This document shows positions 24,440 through 37,294 of a stretch of 64,000 bases of DNA, one piece after another. Under the pieces are notes generated by a model. That model was given only the letters and a program-made list of their open reading frames with translations, had not been told where the DNA came from and made no database searches. Source of the stretch: Camelus ferus (lineage: Eukaryota); assembly GCF_009834535.1 (NCBI RefSeq), contig NC_045697.1:46502001-46566000 (forward strand). The letters are read 5' to 3'. Position numbers and translations under genes: made by a program. How positions within the stretch are numbered: position 1 is the first letter of the stretch; every line of letters begins with the position of its first letter.

Positions 24440-24720
24440 CCAATAAATTAACCAAGTTATTTCAGATTTTGATAAATGCTATAAAGACAAGAAAATAAGA
24501 AAACGTATTAGAGAGTACCTGGCAGGCAGAGTGGTCAAGGAACACCTGTCTGAGGAGGAGCTATTCCAGTGCTGAGATCTAAAGGGTAGAAGGAGCTGTT
24601 GTCTCACGGGGAAGATGGGAGGCACAAGAGCCCCGGGTGGGGGCAGAGTTAGGACGAGGGTCCTGTGGCAGAAACAAACTTAGTCTGTTTGAGGGACAGA
24701 AAGACGGCATTTTAGTTAGC
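24440..24720 (-). mobile_element. L2 fragment
   Basis: gataaatgctataaag...gtggtcaaggaacacctgtctgaggagg...gctgagatctaaagg. Confidence 0.6.
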
Positions 24721-27311
24721 TGTGCTTGAAGCCTCTGTATTACAATATTAATTCAGCTTTTTGAATTATCTCTAGGTGGAAGTTGCAGGAAGCAGGGATA
24801 GAGAAGGAATTTAGCCCTGTAACTGGCCCTGTTCCTCCAGTGAGTCCCCTCAGGCTCCTTGGAGAGGAGTGGTCCACATGGCTCAGCTCTGTAGTCAAGA
24901 TCACCCTCCAAACCCTAGGCTGCTCTGTCAGGGCCATGACACCCAGAACGGAGAGAGGCAGGTAACCGTGACTGTCTCTGTTCAGCCACGGTGCTTTCTG
25001 CCCTCCTGACAGCAGTGTCCATATTTCCAAATATGAAGGATGAGGTGGAACTTTGCCAGGGGTCCAGCAAATGTCAGGACAAAGCTGAGTAATGCTTTAG
25101 AGTCTGCCCAGATGCCTCAGAACTGACTGGAACAAAATGAGCTGACAATGGTACCAGAGAGGAAGTCAGCTCAAAATGTTCTTTTTTTTTTTTAGACCTA
25201 ACATGAAACAAGTCCAAAGACAGGAAGCAGCAGTTCTAAACAAGTTGTACCAGATTAGATGCTGCTTAGAAACAGCCAAGAGACGAGGAGACGTGTGAAA
25301 TGACTTTGTCCTGTTGAAATGTTCGCTGCTCTTGTGAGAGAGCAATTTCTAAAGTCTACCTTTCTTTCAACTCTGGAATAAAAAATGTGAGCAAGCCCTG
25401 TGTTAACAAGTTGACAATGATAACAGCATAAGAAAGAAAGGGGGGATAGGTTCGCCTAATTATAAAACCTCACACTGACCTGGAAAAGATGAGCCATGTG
25501 TGGCGAGGGAGGGGCCCTGAGTACGGTAGTGGGAAGCGGAGTGGATTTATACTTAGGTCTGGAATCTTGCATATCTGTTGTTTAGTGCAATGTTTTAGAG
25601 ACAATGCATCTTTAGCCTTCACTTGAACTTAAAATTGCCACCTGGTATTCTTGGCTTTCTTTTTGGGATCATCGAATCAAAAAGTTCTTGGTAAATTAGC
25701 CCATCCGGTGATTTTCAAATGGTATTTTCCTGAGTCCTAGGGCTTTAGCTAAAGCACAGCAGGTGTTCATCCCCTGGGGGTTGAGGGGATTAAGAGGGTG
25801 AGAAAGAGCTTTCAGCTCCCCACCCCGTTTCTAGTTGGTTCTGCTTTTTGAGAGGCATAAAAATAAGCATCGACTTTGTAAGACAGGAGGTGGAAGGAAG
25901 TTTTAACTGAGGCAATACGGTCTACTTCTTCTTTTGGGTGAGTTTGATTTCTTGGGCCTTCATGATGGTTCCAAAGCACAGAGAGCAATCTAAATGGAAT
26001 CTGAGTGGACCTACCAGCATTGATAGGCTGTTTACAAGACTCTTCTCTACTTCTAAAAATGATCACAACCTGTCTTGCTCACCAGTATCCTAATAAGCTC
26101 CCGGTGTATGGCTGATTCTCGGTGACTGAAGCTTGCTACAGTTACCATCATTACGTGGTGGCAGATGAGCTCTGATTCCTAGTCTAGGGCTCTCTGTAAT
26201 GAGGCCTTTGGTGCCCAATCTTGCCCATGCTAAGGCCTAGCCAGGGGTATCCTCCTCCTCCAAGCAGCCTCCCTGACCACTCCAGGCCTCACTACTCTCT
26301 CTTTCCCTCCTAGTCTCACTACAGGAGGAGTCTAAACACAGTGTCTTTCAATGCCGGCTGCTAATTCTTTCATTAGTTTCGCTCTGTCAACAACATTGTA
26401 ATGTCCTTAAAAGCACAGACTTAGCCTTAGATTTTTTTAAACTGTATTTCTCGAGTATGTAAGTCCTGGAACAGTGCTAACTTCATTACAGGGAAGCAAT
26501 AAATATTTGTTGATGGAAGCCTTCCTCATTTCAGAAACATTACAACTTATTGAAACTTACTCCAATTTGGAAAACATCTTGTAACATCTGCTCTCTATAT
26601 TATCTCTGCTCTCGAAAGGATTTAGAACAAATTTTATAATAAACATTTTTTACTTCTCTAGTACATATGTAATCATATTCTAGATGAAAACGAAAAGAGG
26701 TCTGTATTCTACTGTCTTTCAGCCTTTTCATTTGGGGTGAATAGGACCCAAATATACTGGCATCATTCAGCGTTTTATATACTCCACCAACTGATATGTT
26801 GGCTTGTGTATGAAAATGCCATTCAGAACTCCTGTATTTCCATCTTGACCCTCCCTCAAATTTTGCAAGACCCTAATCCAAAACATCATGTCTACACTGT
26901 AAAGTTGCTAATTTCTAAAGTGGTTGGAGAGCACTTCCTCGCCTACTCGTGAGCAGTGCTCTGAGTCTGACTTAGAGGCTGTCTGTCAGGTGCATTAACC
27001 ACCTTGGAGAACAATACTCCATAAATACCAGAGATCATTGTTTTTGTGTCTCCAAGACACTATTCCAAGAAGTGTAATTCCCTGGCCTCAAATGTAAGTT
27101 AAATGATATAGCATACGCTCTGCTTGGAGCATTGATGACTCTGGTAAAACTGCCACCTGGCTAACAAGCCCAATGAGAAATGTACAGGGGGCTCCAGTGT
27201 CATTTATAACAATGCCTATACATAGGATAACAAGGGCAGTGTTGGCTCCCACCTCGGTTGGCTGTCTTAACTGCTGGAAAGACTAATCTGCCTTCTAAGC
27301 TGCTGTTGGCC

Positions 27312-27329
27312 ATTGCCACCTGCTGGCTC
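27312..27329 (-). promoter_or_regulatory. CTCF-like motif
   Basis: Minus strand reads GAGCCAGCAGGTGGCAAT, matching the core CCASYAGRKGGCR. It lies in a repeat-poor, locally GC/CpG-richer segment. Confidence 0.45.
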
Positions 27330-28141
27330 TGGCACACCGATCCCCTGGCTCCTCTCCTGGTGCTGTCCTGGCCGCCTCCCCAAACTGCCAAGTTTGAGCC
27401 AGAGAGCGCAGGGGCGTTGGGAGTTTTCACATTGCTGAGGCTGCATCACGCAAACTGGCTGACAGTGGGGCGTCTTGGTGCTCTCCAGGGTCAGTGTGTG
27501 GACCGCTCTGCTGGCCAGCTGGCTAGCAGCAGCGGGGATTGGAAACTGCCCCCGAGAACGTCACATGTTGGCAAGGCAAGGGCACCAAGGGAGTAAAACC
27601 TCGTAAGAGAAAATAAACAACGCTTTATGAGGTAGCTGTGAGCATTCTCTATCCAGCCTGATTCATTGTGAGCATTCAAAACTTTTCTCCGAGTTGCATT
27701 TGAACGTTTATATTTTAATCTTGCAATTCTTCGTTCCATCGGTTTTCCTTTTACATTCTTGCCTAGAACTTGGATGTTCCCATTTAGCACGTGAGGGGGT
27801 CGAAGTCTGTCTGAGGTCACAATGGTTTCCAGCGGTAGATCCGTAATGAAACTTCGGGATGCCCACTTTGTCTAGTGCTTCAATACTGACACAACTTATT
27901 TGTATATTTCCTCATCTGCATGACAAACAAAAGGGTTTTGTATGTGTTGTCAATGTGCTGAACAAAACTCCCTTAACATGGGTGGAGTCATTTATGAGCT
28001 ATTGTCCAAATCGGGCTGTAAGAGCCCCAGCTGGAGTCAGAACTGACTCTGCACTGTTAACGTCCAGCACAAACAGACTCACAACAAAAATCTAGCACTC
28101 CGGGAGAGTGAATCATGCCGTGAGACTGAGGCTTTCTGGAG

Positions 28142-28674
28142 TGTTTTAAAATATAGGTTTTATTTTTATTCAGATATGATGAGACACAGTTTCGGAGACA
28201 ACCGCCCTTGAAGAGATGTTGGTATACTCACAGATACCAGGAGGAGGGGAGAGGCTGTGCCATGGGGGCCACACAGGGAGCACCAGGGTCACTCACGAAG
28301 CAGAGGGAGCAGGGGGAAAGTGTGGGCAAGAAGCCTTGACTGTGGTTTCCACAGGAAAGAACGGGTGAAGCAGGGGGCATAGGCTTAGGTTAGCACTGGC
28401 TGGTATGAATAATTTCAGGAGACTCTGGGGCATAGGGGCTAGCCCTGGCCCTGGCCCAGGGGTGATCAGGGCAAAGTCACAGTGGCCCTGAGTGTAAGAG
28501 CCCCGTAGAGGAAGTGATTGGGTTCTGAGCTGTCGATAGGTTAGTCTGATGTGACAAACATGTTCCCAAGTAAGTTGTTTGCTATCTCTAGGAATTAGCT
28601 AGCCCTGGACAGGGCAGCAAGGCCCCAGATGGGAAAGCATTAAGAATAGAGAATAAAGAGACATGCCTAATGCA
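28142..28674 (-). mobile_element. Solo ERVL LTR (MER54/MER73/MER74-like)
   Basis: TG...CA termini with a perfect 5-bp TSD tggag (28137-28141 and 28675-28679). Minus strand contains catctggggccttgctg...cagggctagctaattcctagagatagcaaac. Confidence 0.85.
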
Positions 28675-29154
28675 TGGAGTTAGCCAGTACACACCATGCC
28701 ATGCTGCACTGAACTGACTACAGCAGCCTTACAGCTTATCTGCTCTTTATGTTGTCTTCACTGAAGAAACCTCAGATCAAATGTCCTTCAGATTTTCTAA
28801 CTGCATCTGGTACAGCAAGGAAGGGTACAGTGGCCTGTGACCCTCCAGGCTGCCAGCCACAATTACTCCATCGGTGTGCGCAAGACAGGGGAAACAAGGA
28901 CGAGAAGGGAAGAAAGGAAACCTCATCAGAAACATCACTACGTTCAGTGGAAACACTGCAGAGAGTGGTGGCTGCTCCATCTGTTACGCCACAAATCTGA
29001 TGAGAGAGGGGACCTATTAGAAAAGCACCAAATTCTCATTTTGTTTTGTTTTGCTTTGTTGTGTGGCAGGGAACAGGGAGCTTTTATGTTGATGTGGGAT
29101 TATTAGGCTTGTAGGCAATAGGCAGTCATGACAACTTTGGAAGGATGATGACCT

Positions 29155-29282
29155 GGATTGGGACCCTGGCTCTGGCACGCTGGATCTCTGTGATGGTGGC
29201 TTGATTTCGCTAGGTCTGTTTCTTATCACTAATATGGAGATAATCATAGTACCCTGGGTAAGTGCTCAGTAAATGTTAGCTT
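29155..29282 (+). mobile_element. MIR fragment
   Basis: ctgtttcttatcactaatatggagataatcatagtacc...gtgctcagtaaatgttagc. Confidence 0.65.
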
Positions 29283-30034
29283 TGAGTAAGTCAAATCCCA
29301 TTAGAAAGAGCCAGAATAAGATTTGATCAACCTTGTATCCAATATGTGATTCTCTTTCTTATTTCACATCGTTATTAGCAAATACAGCATTTTCATTTTC
29401 CATTTCCATTCCCTTCCTCTTGAAGTTACAACATTTCTAGTTTATCTACCAAAATGATTCTGAAGCAAGGGTAACTTGAGCATGGGTTAGCATTAAAAAA
29501 GGACACAAGACTGGAAAGTAAAGACACGCTGCAAGAGAAGCTTAACACGTCAAGAAACTGCTCCAGTTTCAATGAAACCTTGTTTCAATTTTCCATTTAC
29601 TTACATATAACAGCTGAGATAGATTTGTAAGCTTTTCCTTTTTTTGAAGTTGTGTAGGCTCATAGAAGAGAATTTGAAGAATGTTCTACGGAAGAAAGAA
29701 GAAAAAATTTAAACTATCCGTAGTATTTCATTCTGTTTTCATGTTTTCTCATTGTCTTTTCCCCTCTACATTGGTATTTTAAAAATATAATTGTTGCTCA
29801 GATGATACATATAATTCTCATCCTTTTATGTAATATTATATCGTAGCTGTTGCATACTCTATGGCATCATTTTTAGTGTCTAAGTAATCTTCTCTTTAAT
29901 ACTTTTCAGGTTCTTGTAAGAATTATTGAGATAACTGAGAAAATGTGACTATGGAACAAAAGTCCCAAACTAATGACCATGGGCTAGACCACTCTGAGGA
30001 TGTACTTGGAAGGGAGGACCAACTTTAAAAAAAC

Positions 30035-30245
30035 AAACCATTAGTTTTAAAAAATCAGAGAAGTTTATTTAAAAAGATAGATTTCTGCTTTTCTCAATAA
30101 CTTGGACCTGGCAGTACTGCATCTGCATTTTCCTGTGCAAGAATCTTTGGAAATAGAGTAGGATCCCCTTTGCACTTGGAATGAGCTTTTCAGTCTGTTC
30201 AGCTATGCAATCTCCCAAACCCTGTTGCTCCGATTCACTTAATTT
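30035..30245. mobile_element. MER102-like hAT DNA element fragment
   Basis: agatttctgcttttctc...ctggcagtactgcatctgcatt...gagtaggatcccctttg resembles MER102 as I recall it. Confidence 0.4.
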
Positions 30246-30969
30246 AACTACATTTGGGACTGAGAAGGCTTGGAATGGATTCAGTCTAGGTGCATGCTTG
30301 AGCTAGATGCCACTGAGGCCAGAAAAAACTGTAAGAATTTAAGGCATTAATTTAGCCATGAGGTCCAGGGACAAGAATGGTGGTAGCAGTGAAACCAGAC
30401 AACTCAATGGATGTGGAAAAGATGACAGAGTTTAAAGGATACTATAACTTTTGAGTCTGGTTAAATGGAAGAGTACAAGGGTGGTGGAGGAAGATAAGTT
30501 TGGTTTTTTTATCTATAGATTTTTTTTCTCTGTTTTTTTTTTTTCTTTACTGGAGGAATTTAAAAGTATACATTCTTACTATTTGTCTGCATTAACTGTG
30601 TTGCTTCCTAAGGCAAATATCATTCCTAAGAACGGCCAGCAGCATCTTTGATTTCTCTTTCTGATGTTGATCTGAGACCAGACGAAGAACTGAACTATGG
30701 CTGACATCGCTGAGCCATCAGGTGAGCCAGGGTAACAGCCCACTTTTCTATCATCTGATCACATTGTGCATATTAAGCCAAATCACTGACCAAAGGAGAA
30801 AAGATTTGAGACCCCATCACAGGAGGAATAATCAGAATATCAGCCTAATCAACATGACGATTGCATTCAAGAGTTTATGAGTGTATTTGTATAAAAAAGA
30901 ATTCATTTCCTATGGATGACCTTGAAGGATAAAATGAGGAATAGTAAGCACAAACTGTATTTTGGCAGG

Positions 30970-31170
30970 TTTAAGAATAACTGCAATGAAGAATCATGTA
31001 AACATTAGAGGTCATCAAAAATAAAAAAGTCTCTCTGGAAAGTAGTGAGTTTCCTTTCACCAGAGGTGTACAGACACATGCTGGAAAATGCCTTGTCAGG
31101 GAGCTGGGAGGGGATGCAAACATTGCCTAAATGGCCTCTAAAAACTTACCCAGTCCTACCAGACTCTAGA
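30970..31170 (+). mobile_element. L3/CR1 3' end
   Basis: gtagtgagtttcctttcaccagaggtgt...gctggaaaatgccttgtcaggg...taaatggcctctaa. Confidence 0.6.
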
Positions 31171-34100
31171 AGCCAGAGCATCCCACAAGCAACTCCAGAG
31201 ACTCTTAAATTGATAGATATCAGTTGCAACTCCGAAACACAACTTCTAGTAGAGCCAAGGACTTGAGAGCAATCTTACATCTCCTACTCAGATCTGCACT
31301 GGCTGCCAAACTGCAGGGGAGTAAAAGACTGCGTTATCTTGATAGACGAGCTGGAGAATCCCACACAGCTGTGTTGTGGAAATGTTCTCCATTTCCCTCA
31401 TGATAACATTGAGTCATAAAAGAGAGAAATGAACATTTATTTGCCAACTCCACCTGTCTGTTGGGCCCACCATATCTATATTAGCATCAAGGGAACTTGC
31501 CTATAGTGCTGAAATTTTTATCAGTAGGAGAGAAGCAACTGTTCTTTTCCTTAAATTGTGGTTAAAGCCAGTTCCTTTTTCTTCATCAAAAATGAAATGA
31601 TAAAAATTGAGACTTGGATGATTCGTTTGTCAACATTTATATTTACTAAAGTGTTTGGAACCAAAAATCTCTAAACTTTTGAGCTTCACATTTTTAAAAT
31701 TCAGAACTAGAGTGAAAATTACTTTTGTTCTGAATCCAGTCTGAATAGAAGAGTCTTTTATTTAGAAAAGAGGAAGAAAAAAAAAAAGCCAATTTACTTG
31801 TTTTTAGCTAAAAACAAGATCAAATGAAGAAAGAATAAGGAGGTGAATGAAAATTCAAGAGGAACAATATTTTCTCTAAATCTAAATTTCTGAGATTTAT
31901 CCTTTTCTTTTTTTAAGTTCTTAGTAAATTCATTATTTCTGAAACCACTGCAATGACATCTCTTCCATTATCAAAGAGGATTAATTTTAGTGTTGAGTGG
32001 GAAGTGAGTTTTCAATCTATCCAGATTAACTGATGCACTAATTGAAGTGCCTGTTTTCTTTTTATTTATATTTGCAATTAGATCATCCGCTTCCCTTACA
32101 CTTTTAAGACCAAACACTTGTTAGGCAGATTCCTTTTAGAAATTGGCCCCACCATGTGACCTTTGACCCATACTTTCAAGCTGAAGTTATGTAGGATCTA
32201 GTGAGATAATGTATGTTGTTTTGATTTTAAGAATAATGCAGACACCAAACAGAACTAATCAATAACAAAAACAAAACAGGTTCTCTGGACCACAAGAACA
32301 AATCAAACCTGGCTTCGGTACCTACCACCTTCATCATCTGATTAATAACTGAGATTTGCTGACTCTCTCAATTACTCTGGTTTCATTACAGTCTGAGAAA
32401 TACACCGAGCACTCATTTAGCTTTTATTATCTTTCTAGCCTGTGCTTGTATGAAATGCCCAAAACTGGCATTTCAGGAAAAGGATAGGTAAATTAACTAC
32501 AACCAAAAGAAAAAAAATCAGTTTCTTCAATGCGACCCTGCAATCAGTATCACACTGCATTATTACCAAAAACCACATAGTAATGCACACTTATCATTCA
32601 GGGTACTGCAGAGCAGCACACAACTTGTTCTAAGTTCTTCCAAAGTGCAGCTCCTATGTATATTTGGCTTTTCTTATATTGTACTAATAAAATCCCCTTT
32701 CTGGTCTCAGGTGAACAGAGCCATTTCCCAGTCCATTGCAACAAATCTCCTTCTTCTGCATCTACTTGGTCACTGGTCCACACCAGACATGGTTTTGCAA
32801 TGACCTGGAACGAAAGGAGCACCATGGAACCTCATGACTCCGGCAGTTTTTAAGTGTTTTTAACTATGTAAAATTCTAAAACAGAGCAAAAAATACAAAT
32901 TATGTTCTTTTTCTTTTCCTGGGTAGTAAATATCAGAACAACTGAACTGTTTCCTATAGCATCCTTAAGTCTGGGGATCTCCAGGTTTTGAACTAGCAGC
33001 TCAGAAAATGCCCAAGACTTTACGAGTTTAAACAGAACTTTCTAACTCTGGTCACTGAATGCCAAGGCCGTCTTAACATAGAGGTTAGCTAACGAGGTTA
33101 AACAGGTGTTAAGTAACTTTGTTCATACTTTATTTTATAACTTTAGTCAGAAATCCAGCTTCTGCCCTTTCTTTGATTTCTGTATTCTGCATTCACCAAC
33201 AGGATGGTGGCAGATTTGTTTCCAGGTCTCAACCAGATGTATGCTAGAGAATGATCACTAAATAGCACCGCCTGTAGATAGTAACATTTTGCATTTGATT
33301 TTATTACAATTCAGATTAAAAAAAAAAAAAAAACACCAGGAAAAGAAAAGGTGACCCCTCTTGAATTCTATTTTCAATCTGAGTATCAGTACTTTTGTTG
33401 ACATTCTCCTTCAGTAGTTAACACCCAATGGTAGTTTTTCCAATCCCCCTGCTCTTCAGGCCAATGCCCCACCGGGGCGCTTTGCCATTGGACCATGTGT
33501 TAGGACAGAATTTGAAATGGTATCTTTCTGTCTATGATAACAACATCCCAACCTGAAACCTTGAAGCCAGGCCCCCTACGCTTGGCCCACATGCAGCCAC
33601 TTCCAGCGTGGCTGCTACTCTGTGACCTTGCCAACTCCTGCTTATGTACTTCCCTGGGCCGTTTGCATGCAATCTGTTTCCTGAGCTACATGGGACTACC
33701 TGGCAAGTTCTCTCCGTGCTAGGTAGGGGATCTTCAAACACACCTGTGTGGTCTTCCCAGGCCCAAACACAACTTTGATGTAAGAAGCATGTCCTAATTT
33801 TTTGATATGCAAATGAACAGAATTGAAAAATCATCTTAAACTGTTTCTTCTCAGATCAGGCTCATATAGAATCTATATTAAATTCTGCTTGCTTAACATT
33901 CACTTTAACTTTCACATTAAAATTTTATCATTATCTTAAGAACTCAAGCTCCTAAGCATATATTTTCTGTAATCAAAAAGTCTGAAATGAAAATATATTT
34001 GTATGGGAAGAATTATATTTAATTTAAAAAATTCTTTGAAAAGTAAAAAACTCTAAACTCTACTTTTCCATTGTTTCTACACGTTCTTACTCTTGTAAAC

Positions 34101-34744
34101 AGCCTTTTATAGATAACAGTGTAGAAAGATTCCTGTCTTTCCCTCCAGATTAACAGACCCACTGAAGGCAGACTTGTCAGTGAATGATATCTCTATTCAG
34201 GGATAACATTAGCCTTTGGATTCAGTCCAGTTTTCAGATACTGTCTCTCCTGGATAGATTTAATAACCTCAGAAATACCACACCTAGAAAAAAAAAAAGC
34301 ATTCATAAGAAAGGTTGCAAAAAATAAAAAGGCAGAGGATGTCCAGGACAAGAAGAATGCTTAATGATCTATGTCACGTTTCCATTAAAATTACATATTA
34401 AGTACCATGCTTACATGCAAGTTTCACAAGTTTCACCAAATGGTACCACACCTGTGACACCGCTTTGTCAGGGCACCACCACAGAACTGGTTCATAATCC
34501 CTTTGTTTCTAGTACATCACACTGATATATGATATTTTCTCCCAAGTTCCTTAACATTTTTTTTTATGAGCTTGGGAATAAATAACAGAATATTCAGATG
34601 TGTGCATTACCTTTTTAATCGTTGTAGCACTACTTCTTTCCCTGTCACTGATCTTATGCTGAGAAGATAAAGGAAAGACTCCAAAACAGTTGTCAGTTGT
34701 GCAAAACCACGTGTGGAAAGAACAGGTATAAAGTATAAAGTCTT

Positions 34745-34895
34745 TTTTATATAAAATTTTTGATTATTATTTTTATTCATTTATTTTGGGGGGTGGTAAT
34801 TCGGTTTATTTATTTTGATGGAGGCACTGAGGATTGAACCCAGGATCCTGTGCATGCTAAGCTTGTGCTCTACCACTGAGCTATACCCTCCCCCC
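34745..34895 (-). mobile_element. Camelid SINE (Vic-1 type)
   Basis: ggattgaacccaggatcctgtgcatgctaagc...taccactgagctataccctcccc. TSD aaagtat(a/g)aag(t/c)ctt at 34730-34744 and 34896-34910. Confidence 0.93.
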
Positions 34896-35173
34896 AAAGT
34901 ATGAAGCCTTATCATAACTTTATGCCTTGTAGAATTTTTTGAATAAAAAGATACCTATCTCATTTTTCTTTCAGTTATTCAGTTTGGGTTACTGCTCTCT
35001 GAGTTTAGAAGGTAACATTTCCTGAAAAAGTAGAAGACTTTGATGAAGCTCACAGAGAGACAATCAGTGATGAACACAGAAGAATCTCTTATTGTCATGG
35101 AGTTCAGAGTCTAGTCATCTTTAGTATAAAAAGATATGTTAAGTGCTTCAATCCATATCATGCTGTACTAGGT

Positions 35174-35395
35174 CAGGAATTGGCATAACTATGGCCTAAG
35201 GGCCAAATCTGGCCCTGCCACCTGTTTTTGTAAAATTTTATTGGAACCGAGCCATGTCTATTCATTTACATATTGTCTGTAGCAGCTTTTGAGCTGTAGC
35301 AGCAGAACTGAGTAGTTGTGATAGAGGCCATATGGCTTGCAAAACCGAAAATATTTACTCTCTGGTCCTTTACAGAAAAAACTTGCTGACCCTTG
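35174..35395 (+). mobile_element. MER58A hAT-Charlie MITE, full length
   Basis: gggccaaatctggccc...aaaatatttactctctggtcctttacagaaaaa...gctgacccttg. Perfect 8-bp TSD tactaggt at 35166-35173 and 35396-35403. Confidence 0.93.
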
Positions 35396-35444
35396 TACTA
35401 GGTGAAACAACTGTTTATAGACAACAGCTTTACCTGTTTAAAGC

Positions 35445-35580
35445 TGGATTTAATTCTTACACCTTAAGGTGCTTTATCAATGAGGAAACTGAGGCCCAGA
35501 GAGGTTAAGTATCCCAATGAAAAAAATCACACAATCACAGAGAGATGGACTTGGTATTAAATTCTGGTCTTCTGACCATG
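35445..35580 (-). mobile_element. MIR fragment
   Basis: atgaggaaactgaggcccagagaggttaagt. Confidence 0.75.
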
Positions 35581-36296
35581 GGTGGCAGTCCAAGGTCATT
35601 GTTTATTCAACAGCACTCCTTGTTCTAAACCTGGCTTGGGGATACAACAGAGGGGAAGACAGCTTAGTCCCTGTCTCAAAGGAGCTTACAGTCAGGAGTT
35701 CAGTAGCTCAAAGCACTTTCTAGATTTTAAGACCCCAAGAGCTTCTTTGTCTTGTAAAAGAGCTCGTAAGTGGTTCCAATCTTATAAAGTAGGATAGAGA
35801 CACTGAGGTGTCCCCTATTTGTTAACCGTATTGTGAGAGTAGCCGACAAGAAGAGAAAACTACTTTCCTATTTTATCTTCAGTGTTCTGTTTACAAAACA
35901 ATAACACTGGACTCAAAGCGCAGTTTTGAAGACAGCCACTTTGGATGCATCATTGTTTTCTAAGCATCTAGCAGCACTTGGGACTCAATAACATTTTTGT
36001 TGACTAACAAGAATGTTCTATAAGATTTGAGAAGTATTTGGCTGTGCAAAAATACTTTGCTTGCTCTAAATTTCTGAGCCTAAAATATTTCTTTACATTG
36101 GATTTGTAAAAGTATTGCTTTTGGCTTTTAACTATTGCTAAAGAAAACGACTAACTAATTAGATTTTTTGTAAGCAATCCTGGACATTGAGAGTTGTAAA
36201 AAATACTTTTTTTGACTTCTCAGATCTTAACTCTAGAATTTTAAATTCCTTACATTAAAAAAGCTTGAAAAATACTCTTTTAAAAATATTGATTTT

Positions 36297-36436
36297 GAGG
36301 GGAGGGTATAGCTCAAGTGGTAGAGTGCATGCTTAGCAACTGCAAGGTTTTGGGTTCAATCCCCAGTACCTCCATCAAAAAACATAAATAAATAAGTAAA
36401 CCTAATTACCTCCTCCCCGCTAAAACAGAGTTTGAA
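36297..36436 (+). mobile_element. Camelid SINE (Vic-1 type)
   Basis: gaggggagggtatagctcaagtggtagagtgcatgcttagca...gggttcaatccccagtacctccat...aaacctaattacctcc. Confidence 0.93.
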
Positions 36437-36479
36437 AAGAAATACTAATTTTAGTCAACAAATCAGAGACATGCCAAGC

Positions 36480-36699
36480 CACACTGAAGCCCGAGGCAAA
36501 GGAAAAAGTAGTAATACTGCCCCTGTCTTTACTTAACATTTTGATATTTTATTCACCAGGCATTTTTTTTGCACTAATTGTGACTTTTAAAAAATTGTAT
36601 AAGAATTTATTTATGTTGATGACTAGAGTTTTTTAGCAGCCCCTTAAATTTAGCTTCAAAGGTAAATGCCTTCCTTACCTCATTTTAGTCCCAAATCTG
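36480..36699. mobile_element. MER96B-like hAT MITE fragment
   Basis: cctgtctttacttaacattttgatatttt...ccccttaaattt...gcctt...cctcattttagtccc. Confidence 0.6.
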
Positions 36700-37128
36700 C
36701 ACAAACTCAAATGTTTTTAGAAATATTTTTCTTTCTCTGAAAATATTGTGTAGAATAAAGCTTCAGAGAAAAAACTCGTTCCGCCATTCTCTTCCTTCAT
36801 AAGTTCATTCCTAGCTTTGCAATAAAATAGAACTCTGTAGAATAGTAGTTTTTCATCAGCTGGTCCCCAATGACAAGGGTGTCACAGGAGCAAAGAGTAA
36901 GCTGCATTTGGGTGATGATTGTTGGTCTGTGCTTCACAGTAGGTGGAGGAGGCCTAGAAAAAAGCTCCAAGCTCTGGGGATTTCTTCTCTTTGCTCTTCC
37001 TTCTCCATTTTTAGACAAATGTAAACTACAATCCTGTAAGTGCATCTCTCCTGACTTTCCCTTCAGTGATCTATTTCAGGGTTTCTACACCAAAGAATTT
37101 AGTGTGCTAGGAAGAAGCAAGCCTTTCT

Positions 37129-37294
37129 TTCGGGTTTTTGTTTTTTGTTTCGTTTTGTATTTTGTATGTGTGTTTGAGGGGAGGTAATTAGGCTTATTTA
37201 TTTATTTATTTTCTAGAGGAGGTACTGGGGATTAAACCCAGGGCCTTGTGCATGCTAAGCATGCACTTTACCACTTGACCTGTACCCTCCCCCT
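37129..37294 (-). mobile_element. Camelid SINE (Vic-1 type)
   Basis: ggaggtactggggattaaacccaggg...catgctaagcatgcac...taccctcccc. TSD agaag(c/g)aagcctttct at 37113-37128 and 37295-37310. Confidence 0.93.

Noticed and set aside
30697..30727. ATGGCTGACATCGCTGAGCCATCAG|GTGAGC as a first coding exon
   Set aside because: There is no promoter or CpG island and no linked downstream exon. A lone ATG plus donor is common by chance.
32598..32853. Overlapping ORFs with acceptor-like sites on both strands
   Set aside because: The peptides are unrecognised and I found no convincing matching donor. Evidence is insufficient.
33593..33615. 8-bp hairpin gcagccac-N7-gtggctgc
   Set aside because: Stems this short are expected several times by chance in 64 kb, and there is no extended precursor-like pairing.
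36297..36372. tRNA gene (A/B boxes, tRNA-Ala-like)
   Set aside because: It is one of six dispersed copies with A-tails and TSDs and a disrupted cloverleaf, so it is a SINE.
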